Shown: piece after piece, positions 23,850 through 46,700 of the stretch
Position numbering within the stretch: the first letter of the stretch is position 1
Layout of the letters: each line of letters opens with the position of its first letter
Assembly (NCBI RefSeq): GCF_964204645.1
Contig: NC_134032.1
Coordinates: 8,296,275-8,360,274 of the forward strand
Source of the DNA: Tubulanus polymorphus
Lineage: Eukaryota > Animalia > Nemertea
DNA length: 64,000 bases
Direction of reading: 5' to 3'
Notes under the pieces: generated by a model
The model's database searches: none
What the model saw: only the letters and a program-made list of their open reading frames with translations
What the model was told of the DNA's origin: nothing
Made by a program: the position numbers and the translations under genes

Positions 23850-24568
23850 CGAGATCGAGTGCCTTTTACGCACATGCCCCGACTCAGTTTCACAAATTAA
23901 GTTAATCGTCGATTCAGGATCACTGTATTATGTTTTACTGAGCTTGATGGATGGGTTTTATTCAAATTTTTGGTTTTTCGCTATTGTTGCGTCTGGAAAG
24001 ATCTTTTTCTGCGAATAATTTATTATAATAAAATATATCTAATTAACTATTGTATTATTGACAATGAAATATATAATGATTGTTTTTAATATATTATTTG
24101 GTATATAATATGCTTGTTTAATTTCTGTTCATCGGAGAAAATTGTACTGGTCCGGTCCGCCGGCCCGCCGTGGTGGCCCACTATTAATAGGTTTTGATGT
24201 ACCAACATCCGTTCATAGTACGACTGAGATTAAGATTAGTTCACATCTGGCAACGGTTGGTAACATAAGCGTTGGAATATCTATGAAATATGTTCACTTT
24301 AATAAATATCTCTCAAGTTTCACGCTACTGTGTTATCTTCAAAAAATCAAAAATTTCCTTTTGTTAAATCTGTGCATGTCCATATATATCCTATGTTTAT
24401 TCGTACTGTTATGAAAATGCATTTTTCTTTTCTTCGTTTATAATATTTGTATTGTTCTTGTATTTATTACTGTATTTAACCAATAAATGATTTGCTTGTT
24501 TTTTTTATATTAAGGTGTAATAAAGTAATTTTGAATTTGATCCAAATTGGCTGGCAGTTTTTTCTTTG

Positions 24569-24622
24569 TAGTAGGTGGCAGCACGAGCCGGTCTATATGC
24601 CTAGCAACCCGATATAAACAAC
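24569..24622 (+). promoter_or_regulatory. DRC1 proximal promoter: CTCF-like, RFX half-site and forkhead motifs
   Basis: GTAGGTGGCAGCAC (24571), TGCCTAGCAAC (24598) and ATAAACA (24614), 55-105 bp upstream of the ATG. Confidence 0.55.
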
Positions 24623-24673
24623 TCAGCCCTCACTCACTGAAATTATCCATCTCAATTTCTTCAGGCGATTAAA

Positions 24674-35376
<10,703 letters not shown>

Positions 35377-36907
35377 AATATCTGCCCGCCTTACAGCCCC
35401 GCCCCGGACGAGCCCCACGATCTTAAACTCACATATCTACCGTGGGATGTCTGGAAATTAGTTCACAATTTATTCCCGATCCGAGAATTATTATCGATGT
35501 TTATTTATGAACCGTGGGACGTCTGGAAGATACTAGCAATATTTTGAAATTCTAGAGGAGGCTATCCATAAGGTATGTACGCATGGAATATTGACTCGGA
35601 GATGATTCCTTTTCAAAATCAGGCCTATTTTGAATGCCTCTTTTACTTGGTCTAGCTCTAAAATTGGTGAAGTTAAAATATTTTTGGAAAGATTTCAAAA
35701 TTTTTCCTCCAATCCTTTTCTGGGTACGTAGGCCTATATGGTCAAATTTTTATGGACTCAACACATCCGAGTTCCTGATTCTCAACTGAAGACTACCGGT
35801 TAGTGAAATACTTGCGGCCCCAACTTTAAGGTCCTGCTCAGAAATGCGTACATATCTGATTGATACACTTTGTCTAGTATCTTGAATTGTTGTTAATTGG
35901 GGCTGTTATAGGCAATGGCATGAACAAAATTTTCTCGCTGAAAAAAGAGAAAATATTATTTTCCTGAAGTATCGAAAATTGAAAAAGTCAAATACGCAGT
36001 ATAGAAATTTTATTTTATTGATACAAAATAAGAATTATCTAAATATATTTGTAAGGAAAAAATTTGGCTTACGTTTCCGTCCATTTTAAATACAGTAGAA
36101 ACAGCGTTTTGATTTTATGGAATTAATTTGTTGATTTTTTTATAATAAAATATTGTTAATACACAATGTTCCTTTTAATACTCACTCATTGGTGGGTTGA
36201 ATATTGTAACGAAGAAGATTTTCTAATTCAACCATCGATGGACTGGTAGTATATACCCTAGGGTCAAATGATTGATGATGAAATATGAGTCAAAATTTCT
36301 ACTTAAATCCGGCCGAGTTTAGAAAATAATTTTCAGTGAAAAATATTTAACCCACCGCTGACTGTGGAAAAAAAATTCTTACGATTCCCTCCCTAATCAC
36401 GGGCAAGATTTTCCAGTCATTATTTTTGATTATTTCTAAAATGGAATTTTTGTCAACAATAAAATTCACACAAAATAGTTTTATCAATCTCTATAGTTTT
36501 TCACATTTCATTTTTTTCTTCATTCATTTATAGAGGCATTTCAGTCTAACAATATAATTATAATAATAACTTCTTAATAAGTTCTTATCCGAAAAAAATT
36601 TCGCTCACTGCGCTTTCTCCACTTGACTACACCATATTTATTGGCAAACACTACATGACAGGACCCTCAAAGTTTCTAAATTCCCAGGATCCAGTTCCAG
36701 TTGCCAGTTAGAAGTAACTCTTTGAGTTAAGATTACAGTATACGTAAATACAGTATAAGTAAATACATAATTAAATTAATGCCATTGTTAGGACAAATGA
36801 AAAAGAAACAAATTTGGCATTATAAAGAATGGTATTTTCATTGATTTAGAGTTAAATTGGGAAAATTTTTGCTCTAAAAATTGTTGGTTTTAAGTGAGCA
36901 GTGGTAT

Positions 36908-38163
36908 TACTAGGGGTCCAGGGACACCATGCCCACTTGGGAAGTGGTTTCAAATGCTTAACAATTTCAACATTCAACGCCCCCTGGTGACCATTTACAA
37001 AAACCAATGACCTTGAAACTCACCACAATCATAGAACATGTCAACAGCTACGATTTTGTAATTGATTGTGATAACAAAATATGCCTCGTACCAATTTAAT
37101 ATGGAAATACTAAGTCATTCTACTATTCAACGCCCCCTGGTGACCATATTCAAAACCCAATGACCTTGAAACTCACCACAATCATAGAACATGTCATGAA
37201 CTACAACTTTGCAATTGATCATGGTAACAAAATATGCCTAGGTACCAATATAATAAGGAAATACTAAGTTATTCTACTATTCAACGCCCCCTGGTGACCA
37301 TATAGAAAAACTTATGTCCTTAAAACTCGCAACAATCATAGATGATGTCATGAGCTACAACTTTCCAATTGATTGTGGTTACAAAATATGCATAGGTACG
37401 AATATAATAAAGAAATGCTAAGATATTGTATTATTCAACGCCCCCCTGGTGGCCATATACGAAATCCAATTACCTTGAAACTCACCACAATTATAGAACA
37501 CGTTATGAGCTACAACTTTCTAATTGATTGTGGTATCAAAATACGCTTAGGTATCAATATAATGTGGAAAAACTTTTTCCCACTTACGAATGAGTACTGG
37601 TGACACCAAGATGGCCGCCAATTGCGTCATAATTGGCTGATGAAAAATACCTGTCTCAGGTATAAAACATCCCTTTCCAAAGAATGCCCATCACAAATTG
37701 TAATGAGAAATGGCAAACCAGTAGGAAGCTACAGGACTCAGAATTCGGGCCAAAATTAACATTTTTGGGCACTAAAAAGGTCATAGGACGGCCATCTTGA
37801 GTCCGACCGACCCAATTTTTGTTATGTTGATGGGCCCTGGAGGGATTCACATATATCCGAAAGATCAAGGTAAATTGATCAAAGCGTCTTCAAAATTTCC
37901 CTCAAAAAGTTCAAAAATGTGTAAAAAGTGCTGATTTTGACGAACAACAATCATCAATATTATGGCTGCCAGTCGGCCATCTTGATTCTGACAGGGCCAG
38001 TTTTTGGGCTGAAGATGTGTCTAGGGTAGATACATGTGTAACCCAAATATCAAGACGTTACCTTGAAACGTCTTCAAAACTTCCCAAAATAACTGGATTC
38101 CGTCTACGGACGGACGACGGACGAAAAGTGAACGCAACTAAAGTCCCAAGTGGGCAAAAAAAA
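36908..38163 (-). mobile_element. Non-autonomous Helentron-like element (HINE/DINE-type), copy 1
   Basis: T-run start, subterminal inverted repeat GCCCACTTGGGA / TCCCAAGTGGGC, (CGTC)n microsatellite, four internal repeats of about 154 bp, and a short 3' hairpin GTCC-CT-GGAC. Confidence 0.8.
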
Positions 38164-38591
38164 GGAAGGCTTTTCAAGCGGACTGTGACTGTAGTTCATT
38201 TTTGACGAGTCAAATCTGAACTCAGACCATGAAACTAGATCCTGATCTTTTCTTGTTACGAGTGGCAAGGCTCCAGCACCAGTTGACAAATAAATGATGA
38301 CGTCAGGCGCTAGACATCTGTCCTAAAGGCGACTACAAGCAGGGGACGGAGGTGCTCAAAGGTAGGGGCCACATTCTGAAATTCTACGAATTTCAGAATT
38401 ATCTAAATTATGTTATCCTTAAGGTACATCATCACTATTTGGAAACCATTTTTTGCCAAAATTATTGTATTTTATATTTTTTGATTAAATAGTAGTTCAA
38501 TATGTATACTATTGGAATTCAAAATGTTGAGGGGCAAAAAAACATCTAAGTGGTGTAATTCTGAATTCACCATGTGGAACTGAACCTCGGT

Positions 38592-39785
38592 TCATATTTT
38601 GTGCGATTTGCTGGTTTTAAAAACTGACAGAGGCAGCGGAATAATCAAATAATACCATTTAGCACCGAATACTGATTTCAAATTCTCGCAAACGCCGGCG
38701 CTTGGCCGCGCGGCGTGAATCTTCTTCGAAAACTCGTGCGAAGTTTTGCCGCCGACGATCAACACGATTTGATGCCCGGTGTACGCGACGGCGGCGACGA
38801 ACCCGGCAACCGTTAAATACAGCAACAACGCCGTCGCGCACACCGACACCGTCTGGTAACCGCATAGCAACTGTATCACGGCGACGACCGGGAAATACAT
38901 CCAACACTGCGCGCCGAACGGGTCGACGTATTCGGCGCGGAGAAAACTCGCGATTTGCGCGAGGGTGAACGCCGCGCCTAGCACGCAATTCACGATCATC
39001 AGGAAGAAGTATTTCTGATTGTGAAGCCCGATGCAACGCGCCGTCATGAAACAGTGGTGATCGCGTTTCAAAACGCAACAGTTACACGTCACGCAGTGAT
39101 GCGCGCGCGGGGGCTTCACGATTTTACAATAACCGCAATAGTCGAATCCGTCCGCCCGATGGCTGTTCATCGCAGTCGCAGATGTAACAGATGCATTTTC
39201 TTTGTAGGGCATATCACATGCAATTTCTGCTGGTGCGATGCCCGCAGGTACATTCGCCCTACTGTATGCCAGCTGCCGAGTTTTAACATCTGATGCAGAT
39301 ACTGCTGGTACATTCATTTGTGCGGGTGCATTTTCTCTGAGCGCTTGCTGTTGGAAGACATTGAAATCGGTAGCTCTATCTACTTGCTGCTGCCAAAAAT
39401 CAGACGCATTTGCGGCAGGTACGTTCGTACCCCTTGCTCCATCTGGTCGCTTATCAGATGCGTTCGAATTTGGTACGTTCAACCGCGCAGCTGCGCGCAC
39501 CAGAAAGTAATTGCCGATTATTTGCATCCATGCGTAAATCGGGAATAAGAATTCGAAAAGATTATCGGAAATCGCATCTGAAGTCGTCAGCGCGTAACTC
39601 AGGTCGAAGGATAACATCGCGAAAACTAACGCGACGAAATAAACTGATAATCCGTAATTCAACCAAACGTAAATTTTCGTGACTGGCACCGAATTGTGAC
39701 CGATCCTAATTGAAACGTTGTTCACGATTTCTGGTGCGTTCAAGTCAATCTCTGATGATGACAACATTTTCATCGACTTTTCCAT
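38592..39785 (-). CDS. DHHC-type palmitoyltransferase (ZDHHC22/24-like), intronless CDS
   Basis: 397-aa ORF with about four hydrophobic segments and the DHHC cysteine-rich domain CGYCKIVKPPRAHHCVTCNCCVLKRDHHCFMTARCIGLHNQKYF. A TTxE-like KTSHE motif and C-terminal NLKSVFGAKW are present. The subfamily call is from recall. Confidence 0.93.
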   Translation of the reverse strand: MEKSMKMLSSSEIDLNAPEIVNNVSIRIGHNSVPVTKIYVWLNYGLSVYFVALVFAMLSFDLSYALTTSDAISDNLFEFLFPIYAWMQIIGNYFLVRAAARLNVPNSNASDKRPDGARGTNVPAANASDFWQQQVDRATDFNVFQQQALRENAPAQMNVPAVSASDVKTRQLAYSRANVPAGIAPAEIACDMPYKENASVTSATAMNSHRADGFDYCGYCKIVKPPRAHHCVTCNCCVLKRDHHCFMTARCIGLHNQKYFFLMIVNCVLGAAFTLAQIASFLRAEYVDPFGAQCWMYFPVVAVIQLLCGYQTVSVCATALLLYLTVAGFVAAVAYTGHQIVLIVGGKTSHEFSKKIHAARPSAGVCENLKSVFGAKWYYLIIPLPLSVFKTSKSHKI

Positions 39786-40114
39786 GTTCTAGCTAAAAAA
39801 TTCTCTAAAATTTGTTTTTTTTCTGAGTTCGAATTTCATGAATTTTTATCCCGAGACAGTTGTCCTTAAGTAATTGGGCCTGCTGCGTGTTTCCTTAGTT
39901 TGCTTTCAAATTGCCATTTTTCCGCCTTTCTGTTCAAGATTTCGTAGCAAATCTTTGGAAGACTGATTTTCTTCTGCGTCTTGTCATTTACTAGATTTTC
40001 CAATTAGATACTATTATTGTTCGGAACGATAATACGGCTAATAAAATTTAATTTGAACTTGAATTGTTCTTTTTTACGGAGGCAACGTGCTTTTATTTAC
40101 GTTTCGATGCGATA

Positions 40115-40225
40115 TTTACACCGGAAGTAACAATTCTATGAAGGCCACGTGCTTATATTTACTTTCCGGTACGAATATTTACACCGGAAGTTACGTTGTC
40201 GAAATCGTGCACATGCGCAAATAGC
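40115..40225. promoter_or_regulatory. Bidirectional promoter between the ZDHHC and PRDM genes
   Basis: The genes are head-to-head with ATGs 990 bp apart. ETS-type CCGGAA cores lie at 40121, 40164 (reverse) and 40184, with an NRF1-like GCACATGCGCA at 40209. Confidence 0.6.
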
Positions 40226-40774
40226 AACAGGCTTGGCGGTTAGAAAAACGAAGCGACACGAAACGCCTTCGATTCAGCGGCGGAAAAAATAAACGAAACG
40301 AACTCCGCGGCGGATTGTGATTGTACAGAATTTCGGTACGTATATCGCCGAGGTATCATCTACCCGGATGGGGTCGTTTCGGCTCAATATTAAGCATATA
40401 ATTTCTGCAAACATCGGTTCAGCTTCCTGGCCGATTTTTCTGCGTAGTCGCCATTTTAGTTCTCCCTGGCTGTTTCTAAATGTAAAAACCAAATCGGCCG
40501 TCATCGAAACGTTAATATTTCCAATCGAGCGACAAAAAGCGTCTTTTAAAAGCTCAAAAATTCGAGTATTCAGACCATACTTTAACAAATGTTTAAAAAG
40601 TACGAGATTTCTCACTGAGACGGCATTTTAAGTTTCCCCTTTGATAGTTCGTTATAGTAATACAAGGTGGCAGCACCCCCTGGGTAGATATTAAATTATT
40701 TCGAGCGTCTACTATTACATGATTCAAATTGCAATTCGCATTTGTTTACAGGTTTGTGGCGAATTTTACCCAAA

Positions 40775-43700
40775 ATGTCGTCAGCCGCTGATCTATCCCT
40801 AGATGAATGTAAGTAGCAACATCAATAACGTGCATACTCTTTACTGACTGAGATAAGACAATGAAAATAAGGCTGCCTATGCTATAGTATAGTCGATACG
40901 ATAACGTCGCCAGTCAGCGGCGCGTCATGCCTCCACTCGCAACCTTCTTCCATGATATACTGTCAGCATCAACTTATCGACTTATTGATGAATATAGGCC
41001 TACCTCTTAGCAAGCCATATAATAAAACCCCTTTGCACGTTTGCTAAAAAATTACCTAACACGTTCGCTGCCGACTTGATGATATGATGGTGCCGCACAA
41101 ACTCTAGAAGTCGGCGCTAGATCTGCTTACATAGTCAGCCTTTGTTCGAAATTGACCAATGAGCATGGAGTGTGAAACAGGAACTGTGTCATTCCCATTT
41201 GCCGGGGTGCGAATAAATAGGAAGAATGTACGAATATATTCGTAGCCGGCACTGGTGACAGAACCCCGAAGTACATTATATGCATAGCTGGCAGTGAACG
41301 TATTCCAGGGTTCCTGGGAAGATTAGGGAAGGGTTCTTTTTAGAGGCCGATGTCAAGAAGGACATCAAGGGGGTGCTGAGAGCTTAAGGGTTAGTCTAGA
41401 TATTAGAAAAGAACAGTTCCTAGTCGGAGTATCGGGTTTTGGATGGAATATCTTAAGAAATTAGATCAGATTTGTTTGTTTATGTTTTTTTAAGGTGATA
41501 TTTGCGGCGGCGATCATTACACGGAACAATGTCCCGAATTAGGAGTCGATGAAAACTCATTTCAAGTGTCGACAAGGTAAAATATTTCATTAACTGCAAC
41601 CCTCTGAAGTATCCTTATCCGCCCGCATGGATACCAGTTAGGCCTACCTATCCTCTGGTACCCCAATTGACCTTCACTCCAATACCTCGAATAAAATTCC
41701 TCTCCCAGAGGTCATCTCCAATGCCATCAATAAACAACTGTCCTAAGCTCCGGGAGCCTAAAAAAAACTTCCCCCCACCCCAATATCACTGGAAAATCCC
41801 CCCCCCCCCCATCCTCCCAAACTTGGCACCATTGCTCCTAATTTCTTTTCCAAGACCACCTGGTTAAACTATCCATTTTCTCTGAGGCCCCCTAGTCTCC
41901 ACCCCTGAAACGCTACCTAAACATCCAAGCCCCTAATCATCAGGAGATCCCCTACTAACCTCCAACCAACTTATGGGGCCAGTTCGTTCTAAGTCCAAAA
42001 AAAATTAAACTCAAATTTTTGGTGTAATTGCCAGTGGTTACTTCATGTTTTCAATGAGGACAACAATTCAAACTTAACCGTTTTAGGCTTAAACTTTTTC
42101 GTGAAACTGGGTCCCTGTCTTAAGTCGTCGGATTGGCTGTAGAACTAAGATGCTCTTAGATTGATCTTCTAAAGTTTAAGCCATCCCAATGGCTGTGCTA
42201 GAGATTTGTGATTGGCGCTGTAATCAACAAAGATCAAAGAAGCATGGTGGTCCACCATCTCTCTGATCCACCCCTCATTAATGAAAACCATTTCCACAGT
42301 GTCGTCTGTAAGCTTAGACTAACTAGTGAAATTTCACGTGACCAGGGTATTTCTTTCAAAGAAAAGACATTTTGCGTACGCAATCGAAATCTGCTTCTTT
42401 TAAACTGTCGAATTTGACATAGTTATTCAATGTTTGTGTCTATATTATTTGTAGGGCAAGGTCGACGCTGCCGAATAATTTAGAGGCACAGTCGCTCGAA
42501 AATGGGATGATTAACGTCATCGCGACGGCAGCGATACCGGCTAAAACGCGATTCGGTCCACTCGACGCCCAGCGTATACATGACGATAAAGATATCCCTA
42601 ACGGCTTTGTTCTAAAGGTAAATTACCCATCAGAGAATAGGTTTACTTCATTTCATTCATTTTTTTAAAGTTATGTGTTTGATTTGATGCTTGAATTGAT
42701 AACTGGTCAATTTTGATATAAAGTTACGCTAGCTAACTGACTTGTGACTAAGTTAGTTGACTGACTCAAGAGTTAAGTTAACTCCTTACCCAGTAGTTAC
42801 TGTTAGTAAAATTCTGACTAGTCTTTGTAGTTAACTGTCTCAAGAGTTGAATTGATTACTGACTATAATCAGGCAGTAAACTGAAGCAAGTAATCTTCTG
42901 ACTAGTCAAGGTAGTTAAATGACTCAAAAGCCTAGTTAATTGCTGACTCAAGACTCAAGGTAGTTAACTGACTCAAGTAAAGTTAGCTACTGCCTCTAGA
43001 ATGAAATTAGATTAATAGATTGATTCTATGGAGTCAAGGTAACTGCTGACGGCGAAAGTTTCATTAGTTATCCGACTGTGGAATAGATCGTCGCTACAAC
43101 TGATAAACTGCTGGGGAACTGTTCTATACTATTCTAATTACCGATAGAACTTACAAAATGTAAGTGACTCGCACTTACCCAGTACAAAGAAATCTAATTT
43201 ATCTAATCTCTTCATTAATCCAGTTTGCAATTTCATGTTGTTGTTTGTGAACCACTGGGTCCTGTGGTGATTGTAATGTTTCAACATCGGTTATTTTTGA
43301 TGCCGGTATTTTCTTTTTAGCTGGTCGGTCGAGGTCCTGTTATGACATTCGACTCGTCTAATGAAGATCAGTGTAACTGGATGGTCCTCGTACGAACCGC
43401 CGATTCGGAATTCACGCAGAATTTGATGGCTTTTCAAGTCGGCCACGACATCTACTTCAGGTAGAAGCAATTCACGTTTTATATTTCATTTCTCGAGAAA
43501 AAATATGAATTTTCTTAAAGAAAGTCTAGGAGAACATGTTTGTGAAAAGCTCTAACTGGAAAACTAAAGTTGTAAGAAAATGAAGTTTTCTGGGGAATTC
43601 TTTAAATGGCTTTGAAAATGCTTGGCAAAAATTTCCTAAAAATGTGTTGAACAAAATGTTGTCACCCCTCAATTATCTGCCACCCTCGGCTTGGCTTTCT

Positions 43701-46700
43701 GCTCTGAATTTGAATACCCTGGTTCCAAAGAAGTTTGTGCATTGTCAATTAAAATGATCTTCAGTTAGGCCTATCTGTCACTCTCATATTTCTGTCACTC
43801 TCACTCTTACTACTGTGACAAGCAGAGATGCTAGTTTTCCGGAAATATCCGGAATTCCGGAAATTTAGGATCGCCGATGTCAATTCCGGAAATTGGGTGA
43901 GAATTCCTCAATTGACAGCGGTATAAAAAATAAATTTAACTGGCACTGGCTAGAGTGTAAGGACAGTAACGGGGACTACTTATCGAACTACATTCGTAAG
44001 TTAGACTTAGCTGGCGTGGCGTACTGCGTCGTTTGTAAAGACCAGGTCAAATACGGTAGTGGCGGGAAAAAAGATATTCTTCGTCACCCGGATAGCGCGC
44101 GGCATAAGCAGCGAGGGATGTGAAGCACAACGAATGCCTGCTGTCGTATTTTCAGATACCCAGATCGCTCTAGAATGCATTTCCGGCGATGCAAAAACGC
44201 AAAATGACCCCCGTTCTAAATTCCGGAATTTTGGTACTTTGGCCCTAGCATCTCTGGACAACACAATGGTCCCAAAAGCTAGAGTTGAACTTATAAAGTT
44301 TCAAAAACGTTTGAAATAAGCTTAAAAAATCCTTGGAAAAGGTGTTTCGAAATTGTCAGCGGGCTATAACTCGATTAAGTGTTCCTAAATGACATGACAT
44401 TATTTTCTACCTTTTTGCTACGTATCCATGGCAAGATCATCAGCATCATTCATCATCTGATAGATGGTATTTTGAAGTTGTAGAACTTCGAATCGGTTAC
44501 AGTAGGCCTATGTTGTTATATTGGGTGGTCACGCTACTGCTGGAAAACCTTTTCTGTCCAGATTTAGAGCCATTTGCGTTGATGGGCCCCGTAAGCAGAC
44601 TGCTCTAATAGTTTATAATTTGTCAAGTGAAGAGCTTACCGTATGTCTTATAGTTGAACGATGGGAGTTTCCTTAGAAAATAGCCACCCTTCGCTCGGCA
44701 AATCAACAAAATCTAGCTTACGTACTTTAACCCATTAGCATTCAGGAATTTCACTATGTAATGTCTATCAGGGGGACAAAAGGTTTTCCGTGAACCGTTA
44801 ATTTGATGAGTTTCATACTCGATTTCGTGAAATCGAGGAAAAACTTCCCGTGAAAACGTGAATTTGAGAGGTAACTTGCACCTAAATTTCACAAAAAAAT
44901 CAGCGTGGTTTCATGAATCTCTTGATGATATATTTTCCGTGAATCGCGAATTTCTCGGCGAGCAACGAATCGATCGGGACTGGGATTCGCGCTTCATTCG
45001 GTCAGAATTTGGTCAGTTATTGACATATGACAAGTTAGGCTACATAGTAGACATTCATTTGCCTGTAAGTACATTGTAATGGCTTTGAGTGCCATAGTTG
45101 GATTGTTAAGACTTTAACTTCTTTTATTTTTTTTTTTCAAAAAAAAAAACTAACAATTTTCATGCTTGAATTGTGAGTTATCCGAAAAATGGCCATGAAA
45201 TAGTGTTCTCTGTTTTCTTGCATGAAGAAGTTAATTTATACCTGCTATTGTCCCATCTATCACGATACAGTAACTCTTTTGTAGTAGATTTTTATGAAAG
45301 TTCATGTTATTTCGTTGTAATCACGCTTGGGCTTTCACACAAGAAGCTATTAGATTTGATGAGGTGGGCCACCAAAATCATGACCATGAAATTAATCCAG
45401 ACATACTTGGATATAAGTGAGCGCTGGGATCTGTCATGTTCATAGTTCATGCTCCAGATACTCGAGAATTTCAAATAGGAAGATGTCGATTTCTGTACGT
45501 AATTTTGATGCCTTGTGTGTCTAGTTTATCCTAAGCTAATGGGTTTGAATCCAACTATAACCGTTTTATGTGTAGCAAATGCATAAAAAGTCTGAGCAGA
45601 TTCGGGTGGGTTCAGTGCTATACGGTAAAAAACAGCTCCTGAAGAAATGATTCGATGAAATCTAAATATTATTATGCAATTTATTTTGTAGTGCGTTGCA
45701 GGATATAGGCGTCGGTGAAGAGTTGAGGGTTTGGTATGCACCGCACTATGCCAAAAAACTGTCGAAACCAGTGAAACCCGACCCCAATATTCAGAGTACG
45801 TATCTCTTCTGCCGGTCTAAGCCCATAAGTTACTGCTTGTTCGAATCTGGTGTAATCAAAACTATCTCCGGGGTTGGTGTAATCCAGTAGCAAACGGAGT
45901 CGGGATGGGTCATTATTCAGGGCCGGCGTAGCCTGGGAGGCTTTGGCTGGGCCAATGATTTTGCAGATGATGATTTTTCAAAACGTATTTGTGATCGACT
46001 ATGCGTCTAAAACATTATGATCCGTAACATTCATGAAGAAATCGACTTGAATCATGATACCCGGGTCTCGAATAGCTCTGGAGCCTTCGAAATGTAACTA
46101 TTAAAAAAATGTCTCGTAGAAATGCCCCCGAACCCCTTGAAACAATAGGCGCGAATTTTTCGCGTGGTTAGGGCCTCGGATATGAGCCAAGCTAATGTCA
46201 GCTTGCACCCGCCGGCCCTGTTATTACGATGAATTTTAGTAAGAAAATTCGTTAACGTATCATAAGGAGCATGCAATAATCCAACGCAATCAACTCTAGC
46301 AACAGATGCCTTAAATACGTGTTAGGGGTTTATTGAGCGCCACATAATTGTTTGCAACTAACAAAATTGCCGTTGCCCAGTTCACACCAATACCTATAAG
46401 CTTATGGTAATCATGAACGTACGTACAGTCACATCTTAGTTAATTCGGGATGTAAGCTCTATCAATAATATAGATAAGACTGCTCCCAATATTGCGGTAA
46501 ACTTAGAAAAGAAAGTTGAACTGATTTTTTGTTTTGTTTTGTTTTTAGCTTTACTGTATATGCAAGGGGAGTGGCAAGAGGCTTTGGCAGATCAGACAAT
46601 TACTATTTATATCACTGAGGATGATGCAAATCAAATAACGGCACAGCAGCAGCAGCATACAGGTAAATAATATCACCCTCTCCTCGCGCCAGTCACAAGC

